From contig JAUGWO010000059.1 of NCBI GenBank assembly GCA_049724395.1, positions 124,001 to 188,000 of the forward strand: DNA of 64,000 bases. The letters are read 5' to 3'. Source of the stretch: Spongospora subterranea f. sp. subterranea. Its lineage: Eukaryota. Made by a program: the position numbers and the translations under genes. Position 1 is the first letter of the stretch. Each line of letters opens with the position of its first letter. Of the stretch, positions 39,114-51,870 are shown one piece after another. The notes under the pieces are model-generated. The model searched no databases and was not told the DNA's origin. It was given only the letters and a program-made list of their open reading frames with translations.

Positions 39114-39504
39114 GTTAGGCGAACTAACCATCGATGTTTTGAAGTACTGTATTTCTTGTACTTTAATTTTAATGTAAAAAATTGTTTTCAACAAATGCGA
39201 TTTGCGCGTATTTGGGACACAATGGCTGCTAAGAATAGTGTTGCCCGCCTCAATTCCTTTGACAACCCCTTGATGGATTCAGAGTTTGCCAATAAGTCCT
39301 AAAACGACCGACGCGATCCATTCCACCTTCTACCAATTGCTGAAACCAAAAACTCGATGGTGTTCAGGTTAACATCTTCAACGTGTTTTCTGTTTTACTT
39401 CAGAAGAGCGTTCCGACAACGTTCTTGTTGGATGAGAGACATATGTTGGTTGGTCAATCCAATTTTAGATACCGAAATCATGTTGAGGTGTAGGGAACGA
39501 CCTC

Positions 39505-41755
39505 GTGTTCCAAGAGGCGATACCAACAATTTTTCAGAACCCCATGCCATCGCGTACAGTATGCCCCAGACACAGTGAACTGGTCAGACATGTTGCCTGC
39601 AACGCGACACTGAAAACATTTCACAGGGATGACCCTGTTGAACTACATCATTTCGGTGTGCATCCGCACCGAAGACCGCACCCAATCCGCGCCAATGTCG
39701 CCGCCCGCTTACATTTTTCTCAAATTGTTCTCACCCTCCCCAAGGCTTGTCCCAAGAGCCTCCAGATCGGCACCATCATGCGTCCTCCGATGAGTTCCAT
39801 TCATCCAGCGTACACCAATCTCAGCCGCCTGTCCCATCAGCGCCAAAAGATTTTGATAGCAAAAAGGCCCAATTCGTCGATAGGCATGCTCGCAGGCTTT
39901 CGAACGCCGTCTTGAAGTCAGTTTAATCGTCAGCACCATTATGGCAGCGGAGGACGGTCATATTGCCGTCATCACTCTTTTTCAGCGACAACGTTTACAA
40001 GAGAGGAACTGTTCACTACAAACAGACTCGATCGAAGGATTCCTTGTCGACAGAGATTGTCCTACTGCCAATCTCACAATGACAACCGGTTTCTGTCCTG
40101 CTATTGGCCGGGCCGTGCCCTTGGCCATTTCGTTGCTGATGGGGAAGACGGTGGACCATCACACAGCACATTTCGGGGAGTTATTTCGATGTATGCAGAT
40201 GCCGACCGATTTGAAACAGTGGAACGACGCCTTTCCTGGCAGTACTTGTGACTTTTCGGACGCTGAGCGTGCAGGATTCGAGCGCGCTCTCCGAAAGCAC
40301 TGCAACGTCCCTCCTGAGCAAGACATCAAATTGGAGCTGTTCTACCGGTGCTGCTCTGTACGTTTCAAGAAAACTCTGACCCGAGGAAGACGGAACGGCG
40401 CCATCGTCGAACCCGAAAATGAGCATTCGTTTTATCAATCTGCGTGCGCGCTACTTACAATCGATGATCCCGACGAATTCAGCACCCGCGTCGAATCTCT
40501 GGTATTTTAATTCCTTCAGCTAAAAAAATGGATCCACTGGCACATCGCTCGTGGAGAGTTTATTCTCCCTTCAATGGCAAAAGCCTGCAACAATCCATTC
40601 ATCTGTGATGACATCACCAATGCACAGGAATGTATTGGTGGCGACTTTCAATCCAGTGCTCCAAAAGCTACGCCGTCCATCGCTGAGGGTCTGGATCACT
40701 CCTACAGATACGTGAAACAGGTCGAATTGGATTATTTCATGGCCTTGCAGGGGATGCCACTCCGGTATGCTCGGCCTGTGTCGAGGAAGACAATGTTTGT
40801 CAATGATAATCGCCCTCCAAATACAACTGATCAGCTGGTCATGTGCACAAAGCGTGTCGGCCGACCCAAAGGGGGCACGGCTCTTGCAGCCGGGCATCGC
40901 TTCCGACATGGATGCCAAAACATTCGGGATTTTCTGTATCAAGGATTCAAGGCCATTAACACATGCGCTATGGATACTGGCCTAATGGCTATTCTAGTTC
41001 TTTATAAATACGGCGGGCTGTCAGAGGTTGCCGACATCAATCCCTTTGTATAAGTTAAGGTGTTATTAGAGGCGAAGGAGTATGACCGGGCTCGTTTCAT
41101 CTGGTGCACAACCGTCCTTGGAACACCAGAAACTGGCGAGCACGACCTGTATGGCTCAGTAGAAAGCAATCTCTGTGATGGATGTCCTGCTTTATTCAGT
41201 TTCAAGACGTCCTTCGAATCGCAATGTGGATCGGATTTCTGCCCGACTTCTCATGCCGTATCGTCGGGTTCCCGACAGCCTGAAAGCGGTGGCGTTGGAA
41301 ACTCTTCACTCAAGTACATCCACCCGCATACTGCAAGCGGTTTACGCAGGAGGCTCTGGAAGTTTTCTTCAGCGAGCACAACGCGCCATGTGGAATGATA
41401 GCCACAGAAGAGCACGTAGCCGACAAACCCATGGATCACAGCCCTTTCTCAGCGAAGACTTCACCGTATTCGAGGAGGAATTTTGCTGCGCGGGGACCCG
41501 AAGTTATCTTTCCCTAAACATCATTCGTATCCAGTACTGCTAGACGTCGCGTGTCCTGTCGGCGATAATGAGTCTTCACAGATGATCCAGAAGCCAGTTA
41601 GAAACATCCTTGTCAAGGATAAGGAGTCGTACGTCCCGGCCGCTTTGATCCATTGTATCAACCACGAAACCCACATCTTAGGCCACACGTTCGTGATCGG
41701 CCGACACTTATATTACGACGGGGGGTTGAGAAGTTTTTTTACGGAGGACAAATAA
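39505..41755 (+). mobile_element. Decayed Mutator-like (MULE) transposase with GCM-like N-terminal region
   Basis: CNATL...HFGVHPHRRP; LQTD, CDFSDAERAGF, CCSVRF (CxxH-like), W..WH and TNAQE motifs, broken by stops and frameshifts; no introns. Confidence 0.6.
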
Positions 41756-41825
41756 ATCAAGTTCCGCTACTCGCAAATTTTGCTCTGCAACTTGTTTTTT
41801 CCCAATCTGCTCAACAAAAAGTATA

Positions 41826-41897
41826 AACCCGTGGCGTGACTTGAACACGCAGCCTTCTCCTTAGGAGGGAGACACGCTGCCATTGCGCCACACGAGC
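41826..41897 (-). tRNA. tRNA-Arg (anticodon CCT)
   Basis: GCTCGTG-TG-GCGC AATGGCA GCGT-G-TCTCC CTCCTAA GGAGA-AGGCT-GCGTG TTCAAGT CACGC-CACGGGT-T folds as a full cloverleaf; oligo-T terminator follows. Confidence 0.95.
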
Positions 41898-42062
41898 TCT
41901 TACTAGCGGACAAAAATGGAATTGGAATATAAGATAAACAACGTGGCCTTGAGGAATTCTGTTTGGACTCACGGGGCATCATTCGGACCTGGAAACCGGG
42001 AATCGTCCAGCAACTTGGAAAAATCTTATTTTTTCGTTGCTGCCGAAGTTGCAGTTCTAGGT

Positions 42063-43100
42063 ATGATGTGGGTTCGCTCTCTGTCGGATAGATTATCATC
42101 GGTTTCAACAATCTCTGTATCGTCAGCTTGTTATTTCATATCGTCAACACGATTCACGTCAACGTGTGCTCCATCCGTCGTCAAATCCGAAAGGGTTGCC
42201 AAATATGTCGCCCGTTGCGGCTTCGCAAGTCGAAGGTGAACTCTATTTTCTGTCGTGCAAGATATAGGCTCCTATTCAACACCATCATCGACAGGGAAGC
42301 GGAGAAGTTCATAGAAGAAGGGCGGGTTCACGTCAATGGATTATTGATATCTCGATGTGGTGACCGCATCGAACCCGGTTCGATTGTGACCTTAGACGGA
42401 TCAGCCTTAATTCAGCCCCTTCGCCGAGCTCGAATATTTCTTTACCATAAGCCATGTTCTGAAATAGTCAGCACCGTGTCGCCGCGTAAAGATCTTCCCA
42501 CCGTATTTGAAACGATTGCGAAGTCCCGTGATAACAAGCACCTTCATCTACCGAGGCTCATTGCCGTTGGACGGTTCATCGTCATCATCCGACAGGTTTC
42601 AACAAAAAACTCAACCAGTGTATGATTAGGTTAGACGTTGCTAGCGAAGGATTACTTATTCTCAGCTCGTCACCCTCGTTGGCGTCTCTTCTCGAAACAC
42701 CCTAAAAACAAGTTCTCTCGTATATACTTAGCCCGCGTATTTGGAGAGGTCGGCTCTATCGTCATCGTTTAGATTTTGTTTTCCAATAAGGCGCTCATCG
42801 TTCATGGATTAGATCGATCACGAGAAGTTAGCGGAATTAGCGAAAGGTGTGACCATTGATGGCGTATCCTATGGTCGAATATATGTCACCGTTCGCCGAG
42901 AACGTCGCCGTAATTCCTGGCTAGAAATTCGGCTTGACGAAGGAAAGAACCGTGAAGTACGAAAGGTCCTGCAATGGGCGGGAATGGCAGTCAATCGCCT
43001 AATCCGAACTAGATTTGGCCCATTCCGTTTGGACAATCTTCCTGTTGGTTCATTACGTGAGATCCCTTTGCCTAAGGATCTATCGCGAAAAATCACTTGA
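42063..43100 (+). CDS. RluB/RsuA-family pseudouridine synthase with S4 domain, probable organellar presequence; apparent +1 indel at ~42696
   Basis: ERVAKYVARCGFASRR|EAEKFIEEGRVHVNG, LYHKP, AVGR|LDVASEGLLIL (catalytic Asp), EGKNREVRK, RLIRTRFGP. Confidence 0.9.
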
Positions 43101-43151
43101 TTCCTCCCAATATTGAATACAGCTAGCCAATTTTATTGTTCTATGCGTTTA

Positions 43152-43581
43152 TTAGGCATTATACTGAACTAATGAATATAACATGGATAGTTCAGCGAGA
43201 TGGGATTGAAGTGGCGCAATCTGTCCACAAGCCTGAGAGAAATCGCCATGTCAGAATAACAGATGGGGACAGGGAATATGTCTGACATGATTAAGCTGTC
43301 TGATCTGCTCCTCGTCTTGTTCATGTGCAACAACGGCTGCCAATAACGAGCTCCGTAAATTATTGATCAGCAGTTGCTGTTCCTGGATCATGCGCTCTTT
43401 CCGTAATAGCTCGGATTTTAGTTTAGCGATTTCGGAATCAGCCTCAGGTTTCACGAGCTTTGCCAAGTTATCAGGCTGAAAGATATCAGAGGTTCTGATT
43501 CCCGAGATGAGAATCGATTACCTTGTCTAGTTGTGCGGTTGCTGTATTCTGATCTAGACGGGATAGGGCAGGGCGTGCCAT
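43152..43581 (-). CDS. Small coiled-coil hypothetical protein, 3 exons
   Basis: MARPALSRLDQN...|...EIAKLKSELLRKERMIQEQQLLINNLRSSLL...|..., joined by short GT-AG introns. Confidence 0.55.
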
Positions 43582-44124
43582 GTCGTCTGGTCGGTTCCGA
43601 ATCAGGTAAAGACGTGTGTGTGTTTTATCCCCAGCCCGCTCCTTGATCTGGGGGTATATGATAGTCAACCCGACTGGGATATCACTGGTATCCTAGTGTG
43701 ATCAGGGCCCTCGACCACCTCTCTACCGACTCGCGCCTCTGTCTTCTCCTAGGAACTCTTCCTTGGTTGGGTCGTCTCCCGTTACTCCCTGCTTCCTCCT
43801 ACCTCTCCTCTCTTATCCACTCCACCTCAACTATCCACCGCTACAGGGTCAATCTCCCCACATACCCCATACAAATTTGGCGCCATGCCGCAGGCCGGTA
43901 TCTGACTGGGCCGATTAACTGCAAAAACTCAACTGGAAATATATCATGAAAGAGCACTGGGTGGGGTTTGGGCTAGGAGTTGCAGAGTGTCGTTTGTACC
44001 GGCACGATTAGTTTTCCAGCGCGTCAGAAATCGTACGCCATAACGTCCCCGGCGGCGGCGGGTTTTCCAACCACGTATTCGACCTCTGGCCTATTTATGT
44101 CCGACTCTGGCTGACAATAATAAT

Positions 44125-45012
44125 TTATTGAGGGTTTCCCGCCCTCGCTGCTCGTGGAGGTCTGGCAACATCTTGAATCGTTCTCTCGGGACCAACAACA
44201 GCCACATTAGGGAATGATTCACGATGCTCTACTACGAATTTGTTCTCGATCTTGGTGAACTGGAGGTCGACGAACTTCAGATTCACCATCGTACTGAGAT
44301 CGATGAGAATATCATTGGTAAAATGCTCGTTATGGTCCTACACAGAACTAAACATTTAATCACGGTCATCACTGATCCATTCACATACAATCCATAACCG
44401 ACGAATATTGCGACCGAACTGTGCAATCGCTTGAATGGACTTATCAGTTATATCGAATAATGATCCGATGTTGAGCTCCTCCAAATTCGGGAACGACCTT
44501 GCAATAAATCGTATGGATTGATCGGTGAGCTTATGGCAGTAAAATAAATGCATGCTTCGTACAATACCCTATCAAATAAACATCAGGACGACGATGAGAC
44601 CGGTTTCCGAGGGCGTTGATGGGTGAACCTTATTGGGTATCGCTTCGAGAAGAGGCATTAGTTTGGCATCAGTAAGATGATGGCAATATGAGAAGTTATA
44701 TTTGGGGACATTGTTGAATCGAGTGAGAATGGACACAACAGGGCTATGGTCGATATTTCCCAATAAATACCAGAGCTGGCTGAAATCCGAACAGGAGAAC
44801 GGGATCATGCTCTCATCAAGGCATAAACTAGCCCATTGCTTGCAGACCTATTCAGTCGGCACGTGTCAGCAGATTTGGCCGAAAAAGGAACGAGAATGCC
44901 CTAAATCAACCTTTGACACGGCCAGATACTCAAATATGGTGAGGTAAGAGAATACGGTGCCCATCATGGCCGGGGAAAGCAATTCGCCATGGAACACCTC
45001 GTTATCCTCCAT
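44125..45012 (-). CDS. F-box / leucine-rich-repeat protein
   Basis: LSPAMMGTVFSYLTIFEYLAVSK|VCKQW F-box; repeats FSYCHHLTD, FYCHKLTDQSI, PNLEELNI...ITDKSI. Confidence 0.85.
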
Positions 45013-45441
45013 GGCGGCCCCTGGATCAGGGGGAGGCGATCGAGGGATCACACGACAGAGATGTGCGCCAGATTACCCAGGTTGATGTATTTGGTTGCCT
45101 GGGCCGGCCACCGACTCAATAATAGCCACGAGACTACACCAGCACCTGCCGCCTGATCCCGTGGCCAAAAGGGGGAAAACCGCCCCAGATGGCGCAGCCA
45201 CATGACCCGGATCGCATTCACCGGAACGCAGGATACAATTTACCCTGAACAACAAACGCCAATCCGATCTCGAACGATGATGAACAACCCGAGCATCGCG
45301 GAGAGTCAACAGAAAAAACCAGTCAACGGATCGTAATATATATAGTGTATTTCGGGGGATATTGAAGGAAATAAGGGAATCTGATTTAAACACGGAATGC
45401 ATAGGCGGGGGGCGGGCATATATCTATATATATATATCGCT

Positions 45442-47838
45442 TCATAGAATACCATTCGTTATCCTCTGATACGTGTCGTACTGGACCGATCTCCAGTTGT
45501 TGATGCTCTGACTGACCAAGCTGTACACGAACTCGACCACGATCTGCTCGGAGTCGGTGGCGTGAAATCGCTCTCGCAGGTCGACCAGGGCCTGCCTGCC
45601 GCCGTAGAAGCAATCATGTGGTGGACCCATGAACAGAATCTCGGCCAGAGCACATAGTCGATCGCAGTGATTCCGCAGCTCCAGGAACCCTCGGATCATC
45701 AGCAGGCGAAAATAGTGAAAAGCTTCACTGTCTTCGCCCTCCATCACTTCCACGAACTCGGCCGTCAGTTTGAACGGCGCCCTTTCAAAATTAATGTTGC
45801 CGCCTGGACTGTTCGAGAGCATGAATCCAAAGTCGATATGAACAATTAGACCTTCATTGGTTAAGAGAATATTGCCATTATGTCTGTCCTTAATCTGTAA
45901 TAGATACGAGACCAGGGAGTACGCAGCCATACTTTCCACGAAATTCTTTTGCGCCGCTGCGAATTCCGGCGATCCACGAGGGCCGAAATGATTCTCAAAG
46001 AACCACAGAAGTGACTGAAATCCGGGAATGCTCTTCTTGAGCGCGTCAATGGATTTCGAATCCGGTACGCATTCGATGAGCCCGGATGTGGGAGAGCAGA
46101 CCAATATATCAAGAGGGCGAAGTCGCAATGGAAGGAGCGCCGCTTTGAAAAGCTCATCGATGTACGTGATCATCTGCATAGCTAGGTGCTCTTGTCGGCA
46201 ATCATCGCCGCTCTTGAATATCATCAGCAGAACATCCCAATCCTGGAGCCGCCCGAACGGCGACGACGCACGAATCCTCGCCTTGCGATCCGCCAGCAAC
46301 TCCCCGAACGGGTACCCGATATTGGACGCTTTCGATGACAACGACGACAACGGAGACGAAGGAACCGAACGCGTCTCGTGCTGCTCCATAAGGTGTAGAA
46401 GATGACGGCGACACGATTCATGATCGACGAAGTAGTCATTGTGGACCTCGCCACTGCAGTTCCGTCGTGTGTACATGATCTCAATCGGCATCAAAAACGG
46501 GACCTTTTCTCTTGAGCTAAGCGGGGACACTTCATGTGACAAAATCCTCAGAATGACGTAGTGTCGATCGCGCGCTTGACCTGTAGGCAGATACAATCCA
46601 CGACAGACGCGCTCGTTCAGGACCGTTAGTAGTCGTTGAAGCTGCAATTTCCGATGGGATCCTTCATATCGTAGGAGATCGCTTGAGATTTCCTCCAATG
46701 CGGCAATCAAATGCAATTCGGCTGTAAAAAACTCGCTCATTTGCTGTTTGGCAAGAAATACATCGAAATCCCGAATTGTTGCCGACGTCGATGACGACAG
46801 TCCGACCTGATTGAGAAAGAGGATAAATATGGTCACAAAGAGCAGGGTAAGAAACGATGAATTGACAACTAACATGGCTATGGCGATGCTGATACATATT
46901 CGGGCTATGCGGTATACCATTTTCCCAGAACTTCCCGGATCGTTTGCTCGACCTGAGCTCATCGTGTGCGGAAGGCGAATGGACCTGGGCGGAATGGCCC
47001 TCTGACGTCATGAACGAGTCCTGAGAATGAGATCGCTTTAGCAGTAGGCCGGAGAGAATAGCGGATCGCCCATCATCATCTGAACGGCTGTGTCCAGAAC
47101 AGGCATTATTCAACCTCATATCTAGAGCCGCTAAGCGATTCAACAAGGACACGTTCCTAGCTAATAGCTTATCCAGTCTGATTGATATAGATGGCGATAG
47201 AGCAGGTGCAACGTCATTTGCGCTCTTGGGCCCCTTGCCTAAAAACTTTGGTTGACAGCTATTGATAACAACAGTCTCGCACGTAGTGGCGAGCGTTGTG
47301 CAACGCGAGCGCTGCTCAATCGCGGTGCAGTATGGAGCCATGGCATGCAGTAGCCAGAACATCTTCATGGCGCAATGTAAGGATTTAGAGCATTTAATCA
47401 ACATAAACTGTTCCAGGGATTGACGATCTTCTTCGGGCCACGCCACCAGGAAACAGCTGAAATGAAGTGAATTTAAAATAAATGGGAACCTCTGTCGTAC
47501 CATAACTGAGGCAGAAAAAAGTCAAACTGGTCTGATTGGAGATCATACATTTGGTTGATGAGGTAGTCTCTAACACCGCCATGACTAGAAAGAGACTGGT
47601 CAATATCAAAACAATATAAGGATATTCTATCACCGTAAGGAAAGAGCGATATACAGGGTGAAAATGACCGGTACCTGGTAGATAATAAATGCTGTATGAT
47701 CATCCATGCATCAACACCATCATTCTTGAACTTCTCCAGTAGACTACTTCCGTTGTAACTAGCTTGTCGCAGGATTAATGGCTCAATCGGATCCATACTG
47801 GACGGAAGAACTGCTATCGGCTCCTCTAGAGTGACCAC
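45442..47838 (-). CDS. PI4KB: Phosphatidylinositol 4-kinase type III beta (Pik1-like)
   Basis: DFFLPQL, LSSREKVPF, IFKSGDDCRQEHLAMQ, LLQIKDRHNGNIL, HIDFGF, FERAPFKLT, C-terminal YDTYQRITNGIL. Start approximate. Confidence 0.95.
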
Positions 47839-48698
47839 CTGATGTCAGGGGCTGATCTTAATACAGCATGAGGTAAATAACAGGACGACATGAATTACAT
47901 TGTGATGAAAATAACGATGCTAATGAATATTCACGAGATCGAATCCAAAACCCAGTTTGGCAGGCGGATGCGAGCGCGTAGCGCCACGAGACCGGCAGCG
48001 GCAAGGGGGGCCAAGGGGCAGCCCAACTCAACGCATGTGTAACGACTAACGAATCAGTCGGAATATACATTCCAGTGAGAGATAGCCAGTTATGAGGTTG
48101 GCCACGCGATCTGGTGGTCAGACTAGGTAGCGGGATCTGGGCTGAATACGGGCAATACACCTGTGGATTTTCGGCTGACACCAACCAGAATGGGCAGTTT
48201 TCACTTAAGGATGCCCAGATTGCCAAGCTTGCCACAAATCTCTTGGAGTATTAATTCCTAATTTCGGAGAGTTAATGGGAGGCAGGCCCCCGGTTTACTG
48301 TTTTTTTTTTCTGGATTCGGTTCAAGTGATCGCAACCAATAGGTACTGAAATTATGACACGAGTATATGCTAGGGATTGTTTTTCGTTTTCTCTCTAATC
48401 GACGATTCTTATATGGCTTCAACATAGAATGCCGTAAAATGAACTTGATCGGTGTTATAATTGAAGATGAACATGTCTCAAATTGTTTTGGATTCCTGTT
48501 CTTCTAAGAGGACCTGTTGAAATATATTACTTTATAGATTGTGATGATCGAATCAGCAGATAATTAAGATTTCGCAATAACGGAGAATTGTGGGTCCATC
48601 CTTCTACTGGCGTCAAGTAATTTCCCAATCGGGCCATCTCGTTAAAACAGCTTTTCGGGCAAGATTACGACCTTTATATATTGAATCGGTGTGTAAGT

Positions 48699-49528
48699 TT
48701 GCACAAAGGTTGGGCACACTGTCTGAATAAAGTTGCAATTGCCTTACCTATGCAACTCTATCGGGTGTAAGCAACCGCTGAGTACAACTGCGACCACAAG
48801 GGAGATACGATCTCCGCCAGTAGTGCAACCGCCTGGTGCAATTGCAAGTCTGCTGGATCCTTGCAACCCACACACTGGCATGTAAACCACAACTGCCGTG
48901 AACCCCTTTCTCTAGTGTAATCTCAGACTACTGGTTGGCCAGGAAAAACTGTGGTGATCGCCACCAAAAACGGAATGATGGCACCCTCGGGACTGTCCCA
49001 AGTGTCCATCCTGCAGTTTGGATGGCAACTGTGGTTTGCCATGGTACTCAACTCCTCAGGGGAACCTATGGCGTATCGTCGAGGTGCACTGGCTCCCAGG
49101 TCCAGGGTGATGATTCGTTAAATTGTGGTGTACCCATGTACCATTTCTATGTACGGCGGGCGTACAGTGATCACTTCCGTATCCTATTCAGACACCCTCT
49201 CGAGTTTCGGCTGGAAGGATAGGTTCCCCTGAGGAGTTGAGTTCCATGGCGAACCACAGTTGCCATCCAAACTGCAAGTTGGACACTTGGGGACAGTCCC
49301 GAGGGTGCCATCATTCCGTTTTTGGTGGCGATCACCACAATTTTTCCTGGCCAACCAGTGGTCTGGGATTAAACCAAGAAAAGGCCTCCGCGCCAGGACC
49401 CACGACAGAAGGTGTGCATATTACACTATTACTCCTATTTTGTAATAGGGACTATCACACACTATACCCGATAGAGTTGCATAAGGCAGTGCAACTTTAT
49501 TCAGACAATATGCCCAACCTTTGTGCAA
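48699..49528. repeat. Nested inverted repeat carrying two inactivated SET-domain copies
   Basis: Inner arms ~48908-49069 / 49219-49383 encode ANHSCHPNC...LVAITT.FPGQPVV(W/*)D(Y/*). Outer arms ~48699-48770 / 49463-49528. Confidence 0.92.
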
Positions 49529-49559
49529 CGTACATTTTTTCGGGGGGAAATTACAGCAA

Positions 49560-49840
49560 ACAATGCCAAACGCTTTTACTGGAGTTTACAGAATTCAAAC
49601 TTCTGACCGCATCCGCCCATCTTGGCGTTAGCAAGTCTTTTATCAATCAACCAGAATTTGATTCACAGTAAATTTAACATGTTATCCAGTGATCCCCATA
49701 ATCTTTTCTACCGAGTCACCCATTGACTGGTAAAGTCGACCTAATCATGTCTGTCCGCTACTGTCTCTACGAGTCATACAGAGTGCGGCAGAACATCATC
49801 GAAAAAGGGTTTCGCCGCGCAGGCTTGTTTCCTCTACTGT
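49560..49840 (+). mobile_element. Possible pogo/Tc1 DDE transposase C-terminal relic
   Basis: QNII.KGFRRAGLFPL-like stretch at ~49790-49838 resembles the DDE_1 C-terminal motif; otherwise heavily decayed. Confidence 0.35.
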
Positions 49841-49946
49841 GAGAAGCCAAATCGATGAATATTTCAAATTTGTCGGCTCTCATGTTGATAAATTGTCACA
49901 AAATCTCTAGAAATGGCACTTTTGTCATTTCCACCGAGTTTCGCTA

Positions 49947-50105
49947 CATGCCTTCAATCCTATTCTTGAACAGCATTTTAATCTCTATCTCAATCAACAC
50001 CGTAAGCCTCCAAAGGGATTCAAGGTGATTGTAATTAAAGGAGGCTTACGGTGTTGATTGAGATAGAGCTTAGAATGCTGTTCAAGAATAGGACTGAAGG
50101 CATGT
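49947..50105. repeat. Inverted repeat (arms 49947-50011 / 50040-50105, 28 nt loop)
   Basis: CATGCCTTCAATCCTATTCTTGAACAGCATTTTAATCTCTATCTCAATCAACACCGTAAGCCTCC versus its reverse complement with a few substitutions. Confidence 0.97.
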
Positions 50106-51014
50106 TGAAGCAGATAAAGTAGTTTTCTACATTCTGGTGTGAGGAGAGAAACATCGGGCGACCAATATGAGGGACAACAAAGTTTGTGATCTCCAGGATC
50201 GAAATCTTTTCCATCAACATTGTCCAGAACGGAAATTTGACGAGAAAGTTCTGCCCACTTATTGATTACCAATTTGCGTTTCCACAACTTACTCCCAGCT
50301 TCATCTAATTTCGACACCAAATACCCACCTTAAAGCTTTAGCCTTCGCCTCTCGAGTTGCTAAAGACAACGCTCCAGTTAACATGACTATGAAGCAGCTT
50401 AAAATTTGGTTTACTGTACTCAGAAAACTAAACCTTAGCAAAATCAAAAAACGGGAAAGGTCGTTCTTGCGAAGAGACGACCGCGTAAAGAATCCCAGCG
50501 GTGTTAGTTTGTCAAATGGATAATACTGTATTGTCATCTACAATCGGATCGATGGATTGGGTCGTGCCGCCCGAGATGCAGGTGCCGCAATGGCGTCGAC
50601 GGTTATGAAGCGTCACTGCTCCGATCGCATCCACACTATTTAGACTAGCGCTGAAAGCAGCAAACACAACGGTTTACGTGAATTGCAAAAGGAATGTTTA
50701 AATTCCTTTTCTATCTTTGGGCAAGTTACCCATTTTCCAGACGTCGCATTACCGGTTTGATATCCTAAGACGCAATCTCTATCACCAACTGGATAGCAAG
50801 GTAGTCTTCAGCCAGTACACGTTCCGCTCTCCATAAACAATGAGCTTAGCTGTGATCATTGCTGGTTCTGCACGGCCTACGAGTGGTCGTTTGACGGTTG
50901 TTGGTCACTGCGTTGCACGTTATGATGCAGCCCTTTATCCCATTCATCTAACATTGCCGGGACAAACGTGGACAGAACAAACGAGTCGGCTTTTTGAATT
51001 GTTCTGCAGCAGCC

Positions 51015-51432
51015 AGGTTTCATCGACTTCTATCCGGAGTCCCATTGCCCGTATATAGAAATGTATTGGGATGCTTGCAAAAGCCACACCTTAAAGATTT
51101 GTACTTATTCTTTTAAAGATTTGCAAATTGTTGTTCCTGTCGCATTGCAGAGCGTGTCAACACAGGCAATACGCCAGTGTGCGCGAAAATGCTGCCGATG
51201 CCGGTCGTGTCCTTGACGCAGATGGCAATCGTCTTTTCTGTTCAGCAAGCCGAATATACTGTGATGAAATGTAGACAGGCCCATCCCTGTTTGAATTTTG
51301 ACAATGCGGTAGGGACAACAACTTGCAAATCATGAAAGAATAAGTACAATTCTTCTGGTGTGGGTTCTGCAAGCAGCCCAATATGTAGTTGAGCCCGCAA
51401 TATAACTTCGGATAGAAGTCGATGATGAACCT
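51015..51432. repeat. Diverged inverted repeat (arms ~51015-51147 / 51302-51432)
   Basis: CATCGACTTCTATCCG, TATTGGG.TGCTTGCA, TTGTACTTATTCTTT and GATTTGCAA.TTGTTGT.CCT..CGCATTG all recur reverse-complemented in order. Confidence 0.9.
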
Positions 51433-51870
51433 AGTCAGGTCTTCTGCTCTGTAAATTCTGGTTGCTGTTGTAAAAATTGTCGTGCATCTTTTCGAGTTCT
51501 GCCATACAGTACTGACGAATAGTTTTCGAGTCGCCCGACCCAACTCAAGTCGAATCCAATTATTCCCCAAACGGCTCAATAAACACAACCATGGCCGAAA
51601 TTGAAGCTGAGTCGAAGAGCTGTAAAAGTACAAATGGGTGTACATATGGGGTGGCACCGGTAAGGACGACAAGTGGTCGCAACCCTCGACCTCGTGTCGC
51701 GCACAGTTTTCACGACTTCACGGCGTGTCTCTCAAGTCTCAACACCATGGCAGTGAGCGCAGCCTGGGGGTCGACGTTGGTGGTATCGCCAGGCCGGGCG
51801 TTGTGCGGGTTTCGTGTGATTGGGGGCTATTCATTGATTTCATCATCTGGGGTCCCTACCCTGTGTGGTC

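Noticed and set aside
41767..42111. 114 aa minus-strand ORF
   Set aside because: Overlaps the tRNA-Arg gene and the start of the pseudouridine synthase; no recognisable motif.
38538..49400. Stop-codon reassignment suggested by in-frame TAG (HNH) and TGA/TAA (SET relics)
   Set aside because: Intact genes end in all three stops (PreP TGA, p24 TAG, NUFIP1-like TAA); the internal stops occur only in decayed sequences.
49219..49840. SETMAR-like SET-transposase fusion
   Set aside because: Both parts are fragmentary, separated by the outer repeat arm and not in a continuous frame; adjacency may be chance.
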